Source: Amoebophrya sp. A120
Lineage: Eukaryota > Protista > Dinoflagellata
Assembly: GCA_905178155.1 (NCBI GenBank)
Contig: CAJINV010000010.1
Coordinates: 3,616,587 to 3,680,586, forward strand
Direction: 5' to 3'
Length of the DNA: 64,000 bases
Notes under the pieces: generated by a model
Told to the model about the DNA's origin: nothing
Seen by the model: the letters and a program-made list of their open reading frames with translations, nothing else
The model's database searches: none
Shown here: positions 25,339-36,638 of the stretch, in pieces
Layout of the letters: each line of letters opens with the position of its first letter
Position numbering within the stretch: the stretch's first letter is position 1
Translations under genes and position numbers: made by a program

Positions 25339-28300
25339 ATGACAAACTCCGTTTCCCCTACTTCGGAAGTAGACCCGTCCAAGATGGCAACGGCCCCAGA
25401 GACGGATGCCGATAATGCAGAGCCGAAGTCTATCCCCGCCTCCGCTATTCTTGGATCTGTCGCCAACAGCCCCGAATGGCTTTTGGCGGAGGAAATCCCA
25501 AAAATGCTGGACGAATACGAGAAGCTGTGGCAGGAGGAAGACCCGGAGGACGATTGCTTCAAATCCAAGTACAAAGCACGGGAGAAACTGGAGCCGATAC
25601 TGCTGAAAGCGGAGCAATTCTTGTACAATAAAGAGGTGATCGAACAGGAGATTAAGGACGAAAACGACAAATCCGGCTTATCGAAACTGGACAAAGAAGT
25701 TCAAGCCGTCCAGAAAAAGCTGGAAGAGAACAAATTCGATGGAAGTGACGGCGAAAACATCACTATCGCGACGAACACGGGTTTGAAACCCGAGGAGACG
25801 CTGCGGTTGCGGTTGCGGGAGCAAGTGGCGGATTTGTATTTGATTCTGGGGAAAAACTACTACTTTTGCGAGGAAGTCCCGGCGGGGGAAGCGCGGCTGT
25901 CAAGGGCTCTGTACGAGTACTTGGCATTGGACGACAGAGCGGGGGTGTTGGTCAGGATACAAGACTGTCTGAACCAATTGGGAATGGTCTGGGTACACAG
26001 AGGGAACCACGCAAAGGCGCTGCAGTTTCTGAGGAGGGCACAGGTAGTTTATCAATAGTGTTTTTGTCGTGCATAAGTATGCAGCTGGTTATTTTGATGT
26101 GGATGTTGTTGACCCGAGTATTGGAACTCCGGACTCAAGTTGGTTGAATTTCACATAAATGTGCCACTGGTTTTTGATTCTTCTACAACTAATCAAATTT
26201 ATCAGGTCCTCTATCACCGGCGTCCGAAAGAGCTCCTTTTAAAGAAAAAGTTAGACAAGCAAGCCGAAAACTACTACACGTTGACGCAGTTTTACTTAGC
26301 CCAAGCTTACGGCGCGGTGCAGAACGCAAATCTGTCGGCGAAATACTGCGCGGAGACGCTGTGCAGGCAATTGGAGTACAACACAACGACTAGTACCTCC
26401 ACCTCTTCCACGGACGGCAAAGTGAATGAAAGTGCCGAGGACACAACTACGGCCGAAAACACTTCTAACAGTATCAAGCAGAAAGACCCCTTCGACATCC
26501 GCGACTGGGCGAGGAATTGCGTCGGGCTGTCCGACTATTTTAGTAATAAGTGCATGTTCTGGACGGCGGAGTACGTTCTCTACGCGGCGTTAATCCTCTT
26601 AACCGACGGCATTGCCGGAAAAATACCGGAAATTTCCACGGAATCCTTATCCACGGAATCCCTATCCGAACCCGAGGAGCTACTGGCGGAGTTGAAGAAA
26701 AACCTCGGGCAGATTTACAGCTCGCGATTGACGTTTTCGAAAACCTGCGCGGAGTTGGACACAGAGGAGCAGGTGGTGCAAGCTTTGCACGATTTCGAGA
26801 AACAGGAGGAGGAGGAAAGAAAGGAGATGCTGGAGAAGTTGTTCAAATCTGACAATGTGGAATCGGAGAAGTTGGATTTCAAACAAATCTTCTGGAACGA
26901 GAAGATACCAAGACGGATGGATGACGCGACCATCTGCTACGATGAGAAATTTCCGGCGGTCGTCGCGATCAAAGACGCGGAGACGGAAGACGGGATGATG
27001 GCAGTGGAAAAGCTCCTGGCGGAAAAAGAGGTATAGGCTTTGTTGCGTTCTTTGTGTGCATGAGAAAGGGCTTTTGTCATGCGTGAAAAATTTTCCTCCA
27101 TCTATGATCAAAACTCGTCTTTTATCAGGCCTTCTGGACCGGCAACGGGGTTCTCGATCTGGCAAACGGGAAGTACAAAGTCCAGCTGGCGGTCTACTTC
27201 GGTCCGGCCTTGCACAAAAGGATAGAGCAGAAAATCAAGAGTATGAACAAAGAATTTTTCCAGGCGCGAATCGACGGCGTAGCTTCTACTGCTGGAGCTG
27301 CTGCGGGGGAATCCTCTTCTAGCACCACGACATCCTGGAACACAAAGCCATTCAAAATTCCCACTTCCCTCGCCCTCGCCACCGGACCGCAATACATCCA
27401 GTCGAAGGAGCTGTTTAAAATCGGGAACCATTTTTTCGCCCAATCCTTGAAGTTCTTCGAACTCGACGGGTACTGCACGGACCACGTGAAACTGTTGCAG
27501 GAAATTTCCACTTTGTACAGGCATTTAGCCTACTTCGAAAACGACTACGCACGGAAATCCGCGATGTACGTCCGACGGCAGAAGATGCTGCAACCCTTAC
27601 TCGACCAGTTGTCAAAGCAGCATTTCCGGTCCTACTGGCGGCAACTCTGCTTCGAGTGCGGGGAGATTTCGCATGATGTCGCGGAAGTCCATTTGTTCGA
27701 GTTCACGAACAAGTCGAAGCCGAATTTGGAGCAGCAACACGAGCCGATCTCGGACGAGAAAAAGTTAAAACTGGCCCAGAAAGCGAACAAGTCTATCCTC
27801 CAGTCCCGGCAGCTGTTTCAACAATTCAGCGACACGTACGAGAAAGACGAGCGGTGCGACATCAAGGAATTGTCAGACGATGACGCGAAGGCTTTCGCGC
27901 ACAGCAAAATCAACGCGGCGAGGATGGCAAGTAAGTTCGTCGGTCTGGACAAAAAGTCGCACATTGAGATGCTAAAAACGGCGATCGACGAGTACGAGTT
28001 CATAAAAAGGTGGTTGGACGGTTGTAAGAACAAGGACCACCTGGTGACGAACGTCTTGCCGAACGAGAGCCATTTATCCTGAGTAAAAACATCCCCACAC
28101 CAGAGTCAAGATGGGGATTTTGCAACACAAACCTAGAACTTTTGGGGGTCACGCATCACAAGTTGCAGTCCGTAGTGTAGTGGAGGTTCGCAAGGCCAGC
28201 TGCGTCAGAAATCCATCTGCTCATCCTATTTACAGCATTACAAGTTCCAAAACACGAATAAAAATGCCTCTCCTGGCGATGCGCATTACAAATGTTCCTG

Positions 28301-28423
28301 TCATTGCAAATCTGCATGACAGCGCTGGCGTGGGGACGTTTTTACTCAGGATACCATTTGGTGCGGGAAATGTGCTTGCTACTTCCCGCGCGTTTGGAAA
28401 AGGTGCTGCATGCGCCGGGGTGA
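25339..28423 (+). CDS. KIFBP: KIF-binding protein (kinesin-binding protein, TPR-like; about 846 aa)
   Basis: Family motifs SKYKARE, LGKNYYFCEEVPAGE, NQLGMVW, YTLTQFYLAQAY, YCAETLCRQL, DWARNCVGLSDYF and LDGYCTDHVKLLQEIS. The C-terminal LVREMCLLLPARL appears only after removing introner 28075-28353. GT-AG introns 26044-26205 and 27031-27128. An alternative start is 25384. Confidence 0.9.
28075..28353. mobile_element. Introner family D (in KIFBP)
   Basis: TIR TATCCTGAGTAAAAAC-TCCCCAC; TSD ccatt; excision restores the conserved KIFBP C-terminus. Confidence 0.95.
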
Positions 28424-29406
28424 GTAGACGAGAAGTGGTGGTTGAGGTGTGCTCTTTGTCGTCGCGGTTTGATGTTGTGTGAGTTGTAGTTTCTGTTTAT
28501 TTTCCAAGAACTACGCTCCGCATCTTCATCACAAAGAAATGACACACTGCCGCGGTGTTTATTTTTTATCGAATAGCTGTAGTTTTTAGTTTTACCAATC
28601 TTTCAAAAATGAAAATCACACGGAATCATACGAAGCAACAGTAAGATACAGGATACAAACGGATTTGGACTTTCTTCATCGTGTTTACGTAAAATGGAGG
28701 TACAGGAGGCTTATACATCAAGAAGAGTGGTTGTGGTTTTGGTCTTGCTGCCGCACGTGAATAGCCTAGATAAAAGTTCAGACACGCTGTGAAGAAAATC
28801 ATGGTCGCGGCACGACGCGTTTTGATAGTCAACCCTCATCGAACAAAGTGTTCGTCAAACTCATGCTTTTTTTCAGTAGTACCAGACAAAGTTTCTTTAG
28901 AAGCCCGCTTTATTTCTCTTTCTCCATCTAAGTACTGGAAGATCCAGAGATCCGATCTATCGTGTGTTTAGTCGCAAAGCGCAACTATCAGGATGCAGTT
29001 CATCTGGGTGAAGGAACGATCTCAAAAAAAGAAAAACGCAAATGTCGTACACAAGAATCCAGTCACTCCAAAATCAATAGCAAAAAGCTTTTCACTATCT
29101 CCCAAGGGCTTAATTTCCACCACCTAGACCCTCAGAAGCAAGATTTTTTCCGTAAACCTGTTTTGTGAATCTTTTCCTTTTCAAAGAAGTTTTTCATTTT
29201 CTGTGCTTCCAATAATTCGAACTTCGATTTCCAATTTCAGCCCACGAAATGAAACCCGCATAGTATTTTGCGGCAGTAGAAGAAATAGAGTTCTTGTTGT
29301 GTAGCTGCCAAAGCAGTAGCTAGTAGTTTTTTTAGTTTCACCCGATAAGACGTAAATTTCATCTAGATACAACTTTTTCAAAATTTGAATTCGATAGTAA
29401 AACAAA

Positions 29407-32122
29407 ATGAAGATCACAGTCAAGACATTGAACAAGGGCGCCGGGGGAGCGGGAAAGCGTATAATTGACATGTTTTTCATCTTTTTGCTGTAGTAGAGTT
29501 GCGATTCATGCATGACAATGTTCTGTCCTCTTACCCTCTCAGCATGACAAACAAAAAAAACAGCGGACGGCAACTTCGAAATCGACATTGAGCCGACGGA
29601 TACGATTCTGCAAGTCAAGCAAAAGATCGAAACGGTGAAAAGCGACTACGAGGCCGCGGGACAGAAACTGATCTGCGCAGGTATGAGTATGACAGTTTGG
29701 TTTCTTGTTAAAAATCAAAATACTCAGTTTGTATGCATGACAAAAATCCTTTCCCTTCCGTATCTGTACAAGACAAACTTTAGTACGTACGTGTAGATGA
29801 AGATCGTGAATTATGGAAAACGGTTAAAATCCTCTTCTATCAGGCCGAATATTGCAGAATGACAAGACCGTGGCGGATTCCTCGCTCAAAGAAGGCGACT
29901 TTCTCGTGTATAAAATGCAAAAGTGTCTGGGTCTGGAAGCTTGTGATGCAAATCTACGAATTGTGGGCGCACTACAATATGCACCCGAGCATGACCACAA
30001 GTTTTTGCGCTGCTGTGTCTTTCGTTTTTCGCATGACAAACGGCGTTTTTGCATGACAGGCAAGAGGCCCTTTTTCTGCTCATGCATCACAGATTCAAGA
30101 CTCATGCCAGACAAGCATGACAAACCTGCATGCTTCCAGACCCAGACATATTTGCATGTGATATCGTGGTTATCCCCGCAAAAAAGCCGGCGGCCGAAGC
30201 GCCAGCCGCCCCAGCGGCCGCGGCACCAGCAGCACCGGCAGCTGGAGAGACACCAGCGGCTGGTGGTGCGCCAGCGGCACCAAGCGCACCAGTAGCTCCG
30301 GGAATCGCGGCGGCACCGGTATAGTAATGTGGAATGAGTTTATTTTTGCTGAACTTTTACTGCACCAAAATTTGTGAAGATGCTGATCAAGCGAAAGAGT
30401 CTGTATTTGAATTTGTATTGCTATAATTCGCTTCACTATCACTATCACAGGTTTCCTCCAACCGGGAGGCCGAAGCCGCCATTACCCAGCTGCAAGAAAT
30501 GGGTTTTCCCCGGGACCAGTGCGAAGCGGCGCTCCGAGCGGCGTTTGGCAATCCGGATCGAGCGGTGGAATACTTGATGACAGTATTGTGCGGAAAAATG
30601 TCCCCTCCCCATATCAAAAAGAAAATTTGTCATGGTGATTTGTGACCACAAATCAGACTTGTCTTGCGTACGAGGCAAAGGGCGCTGATGTGTCGCATTG
30701 TGCAGCCAGTCTGTCATGCGATTTCGCCTATGTCAAGCTTGTTTCTCATGCGCAGCTGCTAGCCGGATGCGTACAACATTGGCAGCTGAGAATATGTCTA
30801 TAAGCTGTTGCTGCAATACAAAGGTCACTTGTGTACACAAATCCGGCAACACAAATTGTCTTTTGAGTATGGGGTGGAAGCTTTTTTCGCTTTGATAGAC
30901 GGGCATCCCGGCCAACCTACAAGAGCAGGCCTCCGGCGCGCCACCCGCGGCGGTGCAACCGGCGGGCGCGGGGCCCCCGGGCACGCAGCCGGCGGGTGCG
31001 GCGCCGGCCGCTCCAGCACCCGCAGCGTCGGGCGGTGAGGGCTTCCAGGGCATGGCTTTTCCGGCGATGGGCGGGGCTGCGGCGCCACCAGCGGGCGGCG
31101 CGGCTGGGGGAGCAGCGGCACCTGCAGCCGGGGGAGCAGGTAGTATATTTTTTTGATAGCTTATTTACTTAGGGTAGTTCTATCAACAATAGACCTTTTG
31201 CAGTCTTGCATACAAGCAAATCTACTAGAGCCGGTTTGATGTGGTCATGCAGAATCACTATCACCAAAAATTCACCCACTAAAAATCCAGCCGCCATCCC
31301 CGGCGCGGAGGGTGGTCAGATGGCGGAGTTGCAAGCCGCTATTGCGCAGAACCCCGCGATGTTGCAGCAAGTCCTGGCCCAGATCGGGCAAACCAACCCG
31401 GAATTGCTCGCTATGCTGCAGTATGCAATGCAAATATGTCTGGGTCTCCTGGAGGGTTGCAACTTGTGATACTGTCTCTGCGTTCTAGTAAAATCTGTCT
31501 TGCATGACCAGCAAAAGGAGTCCAGTTTGTGCTACATGGAGACGGCATTTCTGATGCGGAATAGGCATCAGGAAGCTAGCACATGAAAAATCTGTGATGC
31601 TACTAGGTTATGCATTACAGGCGTGATGGGTCATGTAAATTTTGCATGACAGACAAGTCTTGCATTCCTCCAGACCCAGACACTTTTGCATTCCATATGC
31701 AGCAGAACCCACAGGCGTTGATGCAAATCCTGGCCGGCGGAATGGGCGGCGAGGGAATGGAGGGAGAGGATGATCCGATGGGTGGCTTGCCGGGCGGCGG
31801 CGCAGCGGCACCGGGAGCGGGAGGAGGAGCACCGGGAGGACAGAGTACAGATTTGATGTTCTGTGTTTTGGATTTTAGTAAAAAAAAATCCTGTGCAAAG
31901 ATTTATAAATCTGTGTTGCTGGCTCTGCAATCTGAACTTGATTTGTGATGCAAAAACCACTATACAGTCCAAATCGAGCTTTCCGAGCAGGACCGGGCGG
32001 CCGTCGAGAGGTTAGAACAGTTGGGCTTCCCCCGAGCGGCGGTTGTGCAAGCTTACATGGCGGCAGAGAAAAACGAGGAACTCGCTGCGAATTTGTTGTT
32101 TGATATGGGCGACGATTTTTAA
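29407..32122 (+). CDS. RAD23: UV excision repair protein / proteasome shuttle RAD23 (UBL-UBA-XPCB/STI1-UBA; about 393 aa)
   Basis: MKITVKTL...QKLICAGRILQNDKTV (UBL), [32 protein letters not shown] (UBA1), QNPAMLQQVLAQIGQTNPELL (XPC-binding) and AVERLEQLGFPRAAVVQAYMAAEKNEELAANLL (UBA2). Five GT-AG introns (29459-29563, 29681-29843, 30319-30450, 31140-31290, 31845-31967) and 3 introners. Spliced length is 1182 nt. Confidence 0.95.
29909..30163. mobile_element. Introner family B (in RAD23 UBL)
   Basis: Family B TIR; TSD tcgtg; excision restores GDFLVVI. Confidence 0.94.
30584..30897. mobile_element. Introner family A-like (in RAD23 UBA1)
   Basis: Diverged family A TIR; TSD gacag/gacgg; excision restores EYLMTGIP. 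Confidence 0.92.
31422..31697. mobile_element. Introner family B (in RAD23 XPC-binding domain)
   Basis: Family B TIR; TSD tgcag; excision restores AMLQQNPQ. Confidence 0.94.
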
Positions 32123-32439
32123 GGATAGGGAGATGCATCATTCGTGATAGCACATCGTCAACATGCAGGATCCTTTTCCCCTTTGCTACTAGATGCGAAA
32201 CAGTACAATTGAGAAATCTCCGAAAAGAACAAGCTAAAGTTTGCTAGTACAACAACGTCAACCCGATTGAAGAAGTGCAACAGTTTGCTTCAGATCATTT
32301 GATCAAACATGTGGTTCTTGTTGGGAAGTTGAAAAACAATGTATAGCGTTTTTTGGAAGATGAAGCAGGAGTATTATGCTCCGGGGGGATGAGTAAAAGT
32401 CCTTCACGACCTCACGACGGAAGCTTTTCTTCACACGTG

Positions 32440-35400
32440 AAAACCATGATGTTGCATCCAATCATTCTCATTCTTGATCATGCAGTACACGGTGCACAAG
32501 CAGAAAAGCAGTTCTCCGGGAGCGAGCGCATTTCCGTGACTGCTCAAGTTCGCGAAGATGACGAGTGTAGCGAAGTAGACATCACACATTAATGAGCGTG
32601 AGCGAATTCAGAAGATGAAGTGCCGCAGGAAGATCCATGGAGAGACAGATGAGCGAAGGACCGCGAATCTTCACTTCTCCAGCAAGAGTTAGCTGTCGAG
32701 ATCATCATCTGTTCAACTTATCTATCATGATTAGGGGCACTATTACTAGATAAGCATGGTCGGCGGGGTTCTGCGCTTCCTTTGCATTGTGTTGGCGTAG
32801 TTGCTCTGCCCTCTGAATTCAGGACCAGCGACGTCGAGTCGGGGGCCGCGCATCTGAATGAACGCAGAGCAGCGCCGGCAACGAGTTTAAGGGATTCCGG
32901 GCGGGCCCGCAATTGGTGAAGAATTTTCTGGCAGTGTGTAAAGTCGTGAAGAAGGGCGCCCGGCACTAGTTGCGCGCGCGTGTGAGTTCCTGACTAAGAT
33001 ACGTTCTACAGCCGCCAGCCAACAGGCCCTGCACTTCCTTGCCGCCTTGTTCTGCTCCCGTTACTCCTACCCCCAGGACCGGCCCCGCGGCGCTTCTCTC
33101 ACCGGCCCCGCAAGGTTGGGCCGCCTCCTTTGGCCCCGCCCGCCTGCGACCCGCCCCGCCTGCTGCGCCCGTCTGGCGCCCCGCATTCGGCGGCTGCGGC
33201 TCCTACCGCGCGCGGACTATCTTCCGCGCCAGCCAGGCAGCCTTTTCTCGGGAGGCGCGGCCCTCGGCCCCGGGCGGTCTAGCGCTTGGGCCCGGGCGGG
33301 CGTTGCGTGTCGGGAGGCTTCGCTGCATCCACTGGCCTCCCGGGGGCCCTGCTGCGTGCCTGTTCGGCGGCGCGCCGCCTCGGATTACCTACGGCGCCGC
33401 CCCTGCAGCGGGGCCAGCCGGTTTCGCTGCCTTGTGCCCTTGTCAGCTACTGACCATCAGTCGCGGTCATGGCCGTGCGCGGCTGGTGGGGGGCTATCAA
33501 GGTCCTTCACGATGAAAGTCATGTTGTATCCGCTCTGATTCTTGATCATGCGGCACACGGTGCAGAAAAGCAGGCTCTCGGGACCGAGCGCATTTCCGTG
33601 ACTGCTCAGGTTCGCGATGACGACGAGCGTAGCGAAGTGGACATCACACACTGATGGGCGTGAGCGAATTTAGAAGATGAAGTCCCGCAGGAAAAGATCC
33701 ATGGAGAGATAGATGAGCGAAGGACCGCGAGTCTTCACTTCTCCAGCAAGATTTAGCTACCAATAGTATCTACTGGATTTATCATATCTAAGGGCACTAG
33801 TACTACATAAGTATGGTTGGCGGGGTCGTCGTGTTGTGCTGAAAAATCAAAATGACGACGTGGACGGCGCGGACTCGGACAAGAGCGGGGCACGGGTGTC
33901 CGCGTCCCCCGCAGGCCCGGACCTCCGCCGCCCGCCCCCCGTCGCGTTGGTTCAATAGTACTGGCCGATTGGGCGGGGGCATCGCCCCGGCTCTCCGACC
34001 GCCAGGCGCAGCGAGCTGGTTCGTGGATTGCTTTCTGTGGAAAGCCGGCGGAGTGCGCGGAATATGAAGCGACCAAGGCGCGGCGTCGGCGCTTCGCGGT
34101 TTGCTAGGATGAAGAAGCGACCCCCCTGCTGTGGTACTACAGGGCATTCGCCGCGTTTTCGCGATGTGCTGTCGGTACTCGCCACGTCTTCGCAGTTGTC
34201 GCCGCCTTTTTTGGCGGCCCGCCCCGCCTGGCGCATCCGCCTACCGCCTCGCGCTGGGCGGCTGTCGCTTTGGTGGCCGGGGCGCCCGGTCCTACACTAC
34301 TTATTGCGCGCTAGCGCTTCGGGATGTTTTCCGCGCGCGTCGGCTTCTTCTTTCGAGGCCAGGCATCCGGCCCCGGGCGGCCGGGTGCTTGGACGCGGGC
34401 GGGCGTTGCTTTTCGGGAGGCTTGGTTGCGTCCGTTGGTCTGCGTAGGCCTGGTTGCCTGCTGGTGCGGGCGCGCGCCGTCGCGGATTACCTGTACTGCG
34501 CGGTCCTTGTTGCTGCGCCAACGGGTTTCGTCGGGTGGCGCCTTGGCGGCTATTGATTACTGACCGCGGCCGATGGCCATGCGCGGCCGGCAGATGGACA
34601 GCTTGTTGTAAACCCTGCGCAGCGGAGCTTTTGGTCATAGAAGAGTGTTTGGCCCGAGAAAGGTTCGTGTCTTTGGCGTGTGCCGTCGTTCATGTTCACG
34701 AACTTGTTGGAGAGTGGAGCTACCGACAACTGCTCTTCATGTCGGCCTACCGTAGAGTGATGATTGACGGCGAGTACTCTGGACGTGGGTATAGGTGAAG
34801 CGCAGCAAAGTTTGTAATTATGGTGAGCGAGTTCCGAAGATTAAGTCCCGCAGGAGGATCCAGAGAGGTAGATGAGAGAAGGACAGAATCTTCATACCTC
34901 CAGTAACAAGATTTAGCTGCTTCATCTTTTTATCATATCTAATGGCGCTGGTGCTTTCAGAGTTCGCGTTTCGTTATATCAGGTTGGGTGGCCTGCGCCT
35001 GGTTGCCCTCCTGTTTGATAAAAAAAACGCCAAAAAATTTGACGCATGTGACCAGGACAGCCGCGGAGCCCGGGCGATGATACGTCGGCAATACGAGGAG
35101 TTGACGGAAAACGACCCGCCACTCCCGAGCTCTGCAGAAAGAAGCGAGCGCCAGCCCCACGGACGCGCCCGGGCCACCTATATCCTGCGCGGCTTCGCGC
35201 CAATCGCGTGGCGCTGTTTCGGAGCGGCGGGAAGCATGGCGCGCGCTATTTCCCGCAGAATCTCGCAGGCGCGCCGGACTGGCGCCGCATTTCCCTGCGG
35301 CGGCCGGGGCGCCCCCTTCAGCCTGCCGCCGGCGCGCAGACTAATTAATTTTCCACGCCGGCCGGCCACGGCTTTTGCTCCCGACTTCCTGCCCTCTGCC

Positions 35401-35670
35401 CCGGATGGCAGGCTGGCCGAACGCTTGGGCGCGGGCGGGCGGGAGTCGCGGGCCGGGAGGGTTGTTTGAATCAATCGTCGGGCCTGCCCCGGGCCTGGCT
35501 GCTTACCTGCGTGGGCGCGCGCCGCCTCGGATAGCGGGTGTACAGCGCTGCCTCTGCTGCTGGGCCGGCCGGGTTTGTTTCACCGGCTTGCGCCTTCCGT
35601 GGCTGTTGAATGACTATTAACCGCGGCCCCTGTTCCCGCGCGGCTATTGGGCAGCTTGTTGTAAAGCGTG
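32440..35670. repeat. Degenerate tandem repeat of three units of about 1.1 kb, each with a GC-rich block
   Basis: GAGCGAATT-AGAAGATGAAGT-CCGCAGGA...GAAGGAC...CTTCA...CTCCAG recurs near 32600, 33660 and 34825. ATCAT...GGCAC/GGCGC starts recur near 32722, 33781 and 34932. CGCGCCGCCTCGGAT...CGCGGC blocks recur near 33370, 34470 and 35515. Confidence 0.75.
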
Positions 35671-35835
35671 CACAGTGGTTATGGTTTGATCATGGAGTAG
35701 AAGGAGAAGGACTTCAAGGTCGTAATATGTCTTTTTTCCTCTACCTTTTACCAACGTTTTTTTTCATTTTTAAGTACAGGTAATGGCTCATTATACCTCA
35801 CTTTCTTCTTTTCTCTGTCCACTAGTCCGTCCAGC

Positions 35836-35836
<1 letters not shown>

Positions 35837-35874
<38 letters not shown>
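35837..35874. repeat. (CTAT)n microsatellite, about 9 copies
   Basis: Read directly from the sequence. Confidence 0.95.
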
Positions 35875-36638
35875 CTCACTGGGTGTCTCTTGAGTTTCTC
35901 TCCAAAAAACTGTTGTACCGCCGCACCAACGTGTGCGAGCATACCAAACGGTAATATTCTGATCTGATTGTCCTCGGTATGTCTGTGTGGTTGTCCTTGT
36001 TCATGAATTCGTTGGACGATAGCGGAGCTACAACCGACAACTGATCTTTATGTTGATCCACCGTAGACGTAGAGTGATGAACGACGGCGCGCACTCTTGC
36101 GATGGGCAAAAGCGCATCAAAGTCAGTAGTAATCTTTTCAGCCTGGTGGGCGTCCGAACTCCTTGGGCTCTTCGTTCTGAAAATTAATGCGTCACTGGTC
36201 TTCGCAATCAAGGAGCCTCAAGCACATGAAGTTTCTGAAACGCGAGCGCTGCAGTTTCTTGTGCATTCGATTTGTTTTTCGTGCTAAATTACGTTCAAGT
36301 GTCGTGCGCATACGCCAGTCGTTTTCAATTTTCGTCCTGTCGTTCCCACTCGTCCTTCTTTCTTCAAGCTTGCTGCTAGATGACTATCGTTGTCCCGTTG
36401 ACATTACCTTTAATTTTAGTTTTACTTGTTGGTCGGCAGAAACATAGCAATCGGAAAATATCGCAGGAATTGTGGTGAAAGTGAAACAGTTACACTTACA
36501 ACTCACTATCGGAGTAGCGGCCTCCTAGTACTACACCCAGATTGTAATTTTTATTGTTCTTTATTCTTTGTTCCTCTTCCTTTGCAGGTCCAGATCCAGA
36601 GTATTGTTTTTAGTTAGTAGCACACCGCCGCAAGCATC

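Noticed and set aside
14593-32122. Functional cluster of cell-division and repair genes (KNL1-like, KIFBP, RAD23)
   Set aside because: Adjacency of three genes in a unidirectional block is not evidence of co-regulation.
32350-36450. Autonomous transposase or other gene in the large GC-rich gap
   Set aside because: Only short Arg/Ala/Pro/Gly-rich ORFs, with no DDE, reverse-transcriptase or tyrosine-recombinase motifs.
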